Shown here: one piece after another, positions 21,946 to 27,161 of the stretch
Layout: each line of letters begins with the position of its first letter
How positions within the stretch are numbered: position 1 is the first letter of the stretch
Position numbers and translations under genes: made by a program
NCBI RefSeq assembly: GCF_006345805.1
Contig: NW_021824389.1
Location: 1 to 27,161, forward strand
DNA: 27,161 bases
Origin: Octopus sinensis
Lineage: Eukaryota
Direction: 5' to 3'
The notes under the pieces: model-generated
Databases searched by the model: none
What the model was told of the DNA's origin: nothing
The model's input: the letters and a program-made list of their open reading frames with translations, nothing else

Positions 21946-22079
21946 GACTATCATGGACATGAAAGGGTTTCGATTGGTATATATTTGAGATGTAATGAAG
22001 TGAATTTCGATGGTTGTAAATTGAACTTACTCGGTTGTATCGTCCGTTAGAGTGTTTTTGTTGTTTTTTAATTATAATT

Positions 22080-22179
22080 GGCACCTTGGGCAAGTGTCTT
22101 CTACAATAGCCTCGGGCCGACCAAAGCCTTGTGAGTGGATTTGGTAGACGGAAACTGAAAGAAGCCCGCCGTATATATG

Positions 22180-22210
<31 letters not shown>

Positions 22211-22422
22211 TTGTGTATCTGTGTTTGAACCCCTAGCATTGCTTGACAACCGATGCTGGTGTGTTTATGTCCCCGTTACTTACCGGTTCGGCAAAAGAGA
22301 CCGATAAAATAAGTACTGGGCTTACAAAAGAATAAGTCCCGGGGTCGAGTTGCTCGATTAAAGGCGGTGCTCCAGCATGGCCACAGTCAAATGACTGAAA
22401 CAAGTAAAAGAGTAAAAAGAGT
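22080..22422 (+). mobile_element. 5'-truncated SINE family A
   Basis: Begins at ggcaccttgggcaagtgtctt (CORE-like CCTTGGGCAAG motif) and ends aagtaaaagagtaaaaagag. Confidence 0.92.
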
Positions 22423-22752
22423 ATATGATTGAATACTTAACGCTCACGCTTATGCTCATAATACATAGACATTTGAATTAGTTTTTACAATCCAGCCGTC
22501 CTTTCACACGGAATTTCGTCTATCTTTAAACTATATAAAGTACTGACTTTATATATAAGGGAACTGTTATTATGTATGTATATCAGAAAATATATATGTC
22601 GAAACAATTTGTTGGAATTTTATGGGTTTTTTAATAATTGTTTATGTTATATAAAATTATGTTATACTATATTTATAGTATATCATTGTATATCATAGTA
22701 TACATTATCATTGTATACATTATTAGATTGTCGATAGTATCGGTCTTTTTAA

Positions 22753-22825
22753 TTATATATATATATATATATATATCTATATATATATATTATATTATAT
22801 ATATATATATATATATGCATATCAT

Positions 22826-22859
<34 letters not shown>

Positions 22860-23034
22860 ATATATACATATACATTATATAGTTACATATATATATATAC
22901 ATAAATATACATACATATCCACACATATATACATATATATACATATATATACATAAGACATATTATATATATACATACATACATATATTCTATATATATA
23001 TTTATTTATATATTATATATATATATTTTATAAT

Positions 23035-23104
<70 letters not shown>

Positions 23105-23105
23105 A
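22753..23105. repeat. Degenerate (TA)n/(TACA)n block
   Basis: Directly visible. Confidence 0.95.
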
Positions 23106-23205
23106 AACATATGCATAGACTTAGAAGTGCATACATAGTCATATATGCGTGCATATACAGTCATTCACATCACACAGATATATACATAGTGTGTATGGTG
23201 TGTGT

Positions 23206-23247
<42 letters not shown>

Positions 23248-24111
23248 AGAGACGCACTGAAACTGAAGCAGTCGAATCTCAATTTATATAAGATATTTAA
23301 TCACAAAGTGTATACTATAATTCAACAGGTATTCGGTGCTATGAAAACGAATATCAAATATACTTCATACAGAAATTCAAAATATTTTTTCTACAACTTC
23401 ATCACGATAACTTAAATGTCACGCTGACCATTCATTTTATCAGCTTCTGTTACACTTTCAGCGAATCGCTTACATCCAAGAAGGAAAATCTAATTTGTGA
23501 CATGCAAAACGTACGAACTTGTGGAGTATCGTTATTGTGGAGCATTCGATAAATATTTCGATAAAATTAACTGAATACGACAGACACTCGCTTGTTTGTT
23601 GAGTACAGAATTAGTCGCAACAATACGTCAGTCCATTTGATAGTGTGGTGATAGCGAAAACCCCTGTCTTCGTCGTAGTTTAAAAACCGCTTCCTTTTGA
23701 GTGAAAATTGATGTCAATAGTGTTTTACGATATAGAATACAATCACTAATGCTCTTCATTGAATAATCCATTATGTTACCTCTGCGAAATGCATGAAATG
23801 TATTACCCCGGACAATGGGTTACTCTAAGTGTAGGATATTATCAAGGGAAGCGTGCATTTGCTTTAACGCTTCTCCACAGACTGGTTACAACAGCTATTG
23901 AACTTGCTTCGCTTTTAAACCTGGCAGAAATTATTACAGCAATCATATTGCAATAAATAAACGGAAAATAGATGAGAAACAGAGAAAACAATAAATAAAT
24001 AGTAATTCTATTTACATATATACAAAGCTTTCTACACTTCAGCAAATTTATTGTTTTCTGTAAACATATAAGAATCACAGTTCTTAATGGACTATGAACG
24101 ATGAACTCGAT

Positions 24112-24177
24112 GCCCGCTGCTGATGAAGCGTAACGATGCAGAAATACGTGTCGCACGACCCTTGACGTCCGGTGGGC
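24112..24177 (+). ncRNA. Type I hammerhead ribozyme candidate
   Basis: Stem I gcccgctg (24112-24119)/cggtgggc (24170-24177); CTGATGA 24120-24126; stem II gcgt(aacg)atgc; GAAA 24141-24144; GUC 24167-24169 directly before stem I. Confidence 0.55.
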
Positions 24178-24685
24178 TTGTGATCCTACTGTCCGATGAC
24201 GTCATCTATAGCGCAGTTGAGTATTTTAACACACATTGTCAATAAAGTGAATGGAAATTTCTCTCTCGAGATAACATCTGCAGCGAAGGCCTTTCCATGT
24301 CTGGGTGTACACGAACGTGGTAAATATAACTGTACACCCCTATATTTTAATCATTGCTGCTAAGTCTGCTTCCAATAAATTTGTGTGCTTTTAATTAATT
24401 ATATCTCCAAAGGTTTGTATCAACATTTCTTCACTTATGGTGTATGGGTTTGTTCCATTTAGGTAATGGGATAGGCTTCATAGTGCATATGTTAGAATTC
24501 AAATTTCCGAATACAGATTTCATTGAACTAGACAACAATAATATATAAAATACATGCATACATTCACTGAAATACATATAGAGAAATGTTTCATATCTTG
24601 ATGTTTATTGATGGATTCATATTTTCAAAAAATGTATCATTCAGTTACGAGAAAAGAGAAAAAACAGCCACTCCTACGCCTACGT

Positions 24686-25086
24686 GGGAGTGGCTGCGTG
24701 GTAAGTAGCTTGCTTACCAAACACATGGTTCCGGGTTCAGTCCCACTGCGTGACACCTTAGGCAAGTGTCTTTTACTATAGCCTCGGGCCGACCAAAGCC
24801 TTGTAAGTGGATTTGGTAGACGGAAACTGAAAGAAGCCCGTCGTATATATGTATATATATATATGTATGTGTGTGCATAACTTAGTATGTCTGTTTCTCT
24901 CCCCACACAACATCGCTTGACAACCGATACTGGTGTGTTTACGTCCCCGTAACTTAGCGGTTCGGCAAAAGAGACCGATAAAATAAGTACTAGGCTTACA
25001 AAGAATAAATCTTGGGGTCGATTTGCTCGACTAAAGGTGGTGCTCCAGCATGGCCACAGTCAAATGACTGAAACAAGTAAAAGAGT
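24686..25086 (+). mobile_element. Near full-length SINE family A
   Basis: Same head, body and tail as 15437-15896, with a shorter internal microsatellite. Confidence 0.92.
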
Positions 25087-25265
25087 ATACATTTTGCGAA
25101 AACTGACAGATAATACTTACTGCTTCGGATTTTATTTCGGCTTAACTTGTGTCTCCTATTAAGACTGACTGAAGAGAAAGTTCTGTTCGAGGTTGAGACA
25201 CCTTATAACAAACGATGTAGAAGGATGTGTAACCGTAAGCTGTAAAGGTTTGTAATAAACATATA

Positions 25266-25787
25266 CCATAAATCATCGAGTATAGTCCGCGCTTGAGTAT
25301 AATACGCAGGGGAATTTTAGGGGGCTGTACCTCTGAAAAACCTAAACGTTGTGTATAATATGCACCCCTTCTCTAACTTGAGTCGTGCGTAATGAAGCCA
25401 GCAGCACCTAGTCGAACAAGCACTTCCGCACATGCGTAATACAATAATGGTGATGTTCTTAACTGTTATATGGGAATGTAAATATGTTTTCAAATTGTTT
25501 TTGTTACATGTTATTCTGTGTTCTGAATACTTTTATTTTAATAAATGTTGCTTACTAAAAGTTATGGGTGATTCTTTTATGACTTCATTGCTTTCAGGCT
25601 TAGCTTAAGGTATTTTCGTGCCCGACATCACAAAATGTGTCTGAATAAACATTGCCGGACAGCAAATAGAGACTCGGACATTGCTTAGAAAATATTTTTC
25701 ATATTTAACCTCGTATATAATACGCACTAGGGATTTTTACCTTTAAATTTTTGGGGGAAAATGCGTATTATACTCGAGGATTTACGG
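25266..25787. mobile_element. MITE (Tc2/pogo-like, Tc1/mariner superfamily) with TA target duplication
   Basis: TA|ccataaatcatcgagtata .. tatactcgaggatttacgg|TA (17/19 TIR match); no ORF; subterminal tataataYgca repeats near 25298, 25354, 25716 and inverted near 25762. Confidence 0.88.
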
Positions 25788-26190
25788 TAAGCTATAATGG
25801 CTTGTAACATTAATGTGTATCAGTTCATATTATCAATGTACATGCAAGTGTTTTAGTTTATGCAAAGAAAATGAAAGACATGTGAGCTTCATAAATCGAA
25901 TCGAACGGCGTCAGCTGTTGGTTGCTCCGTGAGTTGCAATAACGTCGAGATACGAAGTAAGCTGGCTAGCGTTCGTATATTTGACTTACAAGTGAACTGC
26001 CTAACTGCCGGTAGCAATGCCATCGTGAACTGATTGTTAAAAAATCCGAAATGTCTACTGGTTGTGTAACTGTCAGCAGTAAGTCTAAAGGTGCGTAAAA
26101 GTGAATCCGATATTTCTGTTATGTGTGCCAGTAATAATTTAATCTTGGCTTAACAAGTTACCTCACACATCAGCAATTTTTTATTGTTAA

Positions 26191-26510
26191 GAACGATAGT
26201 TCCTGCTTAGCTCCGAGGGATAAGACGCTGTCTGATACTGAGCAGCAGACAATTACGCCGAAACACCAGTGTCTACAAGTCCACTTATGCCCTTTGGAGC
26301 AAGTACTATACCTGTTTTGCGTGTCTATTACTTAATCTGGACTTGACAAACCACGGCGCCCATCAGAAAATATATCATTCACTGATTCGATAGCCATGAA
26401 CAGTAGTTTCTATTTAGCTCCAAGGGATAGGATGTAGTCGAATACTGACGAGCTGACAATTATGCTGAAATCCCGGTATCCAATAGTCAATTTATGTCCT
26501 TTTGAGCAGT
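26191..26510 (+). repeat. Diverged direct repeat with 207-bp period; each copy carries a decayed type I HHR
   Basis: 26191-26304 aligns with 26398-26510. Cores are CTGAGCA..GAAA-caccagt-GTC (26238-26273) and CTGACGA..GAAA-tcccggt-ATC (26445-26480). Confidence 0.75.
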
Positions 26511-26646
26511 GTTTTGTTTCCAAACACCGTCAATAGACGACGTACTCTGATACGATACACTACAACGAAAAGCAATTTTCAAGTTCAAGTATGCAGGAAT
26601 GTGGTTAGAAAGAATTTTATGCAACAATATTTCTTTAACAACAGAA

Positions 26647-27112
26647 GGCGGTGAACAGGCAGAATCGTTAGCACGCCAGGCAAAATGCTTAGTTGCATTT
26701 CGTCCGCATTTGCGTTCTGGGTTCATTTCTGACCAAGCAAACGATACGAACTAGCATCAACATATATTAATGTCTCAATGTATTTAATTGATTACAACAA
26801 ATACACGCCTATTCATTGACCATAGTGTCAGGAGCATCAACATTATATCAGACAAGTTGCTGATATGGCGACGAAATTTACTGTCTACATCCTTGTTAAA
26901 GGATGAAAATACCGCAATAAAATTTGCTTTCATGTGAATGAAAATTGTCGGTAATATTTTGCGACATGGATTTAATCATTTCGTCGGTAATATAGGTCGA
27001 CTTTGCCTTTCATTCTTTCGAGGTCGATAAAGTAAGTACCAGTTGAGCACTTATATAATCGACTTAGCCCCTCCCCCGAAATTGCTGGCTTTGTGCCAAA
27101 ATTTGAAACCAA
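26647..27112 (+). mobile_element. SINE family B split by a ~260-bp insertion
   Basis: Head ggcggtgaacaggcagaatcgttagcacgcc..gggttca (26647-26726) resumes at aggtcgactttgcctttcattctttcgaggtcgataaa (from 26994). Confidence 0.85.
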
Positions 27113-27161
27113 TATTTCTTTGTTAATATGCTGCACACACAGGTCAGTCTATTTCTTGCAT

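Noticed and set aside
25151-25201. CTGAAGA-gaa/ttc hairpin enclosed by gtgtctc/gagacac
   Set aside because: GAGG replaces GAAA and there is no stem III or cleavage triplet in register.
26191-26510. CRISPR-like repeat-spacer reading of the direct repeats
   Set aside because: There are only two long diverged copies, the context is eukaryotic and there are no cas genes.

Overview
Repeat-dense, AT-rich eukaryotic non-coding DNA with no supportable intact host gene. The SINE families and microsatellite load resemble cephalopod (Octopus-like) genomes; this is recall, not a database match. Most ORFs in the track are microsatellite translations. Recognisable mobile elements are an internally deleted mariner (D34D) remnant at 1-659, an internally deleted L1/Tx1-clade LINE on the minus strand (~8937-10960), about ten copies or fragments of four tRNA-derived SINE families, and a Tc2/pogo-like MITE (25266-25787). 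The main unexplained signal is a set of roughly ten hammerhead-ribozyme (HHR) motifs in short non-coding elements, several sitting in (TA)n tracts. The best is a 479-bp circularly permuted unit present as two head-to-head copies (15919-16849), each with a type I HHR that has a palindromic stem III and an unusually long stem II. There is also a 207-bp tandem HHR dimer (26191-26510), a family of minimal HHR elements and a possible type II HHR. Together these look like Penelope-type terminal repeats or retrozyme-like elements. Two related leader-plus-long-hairpin units (16960-17836) remain unexplained. All folds were paired by eye; none was computed or tested.
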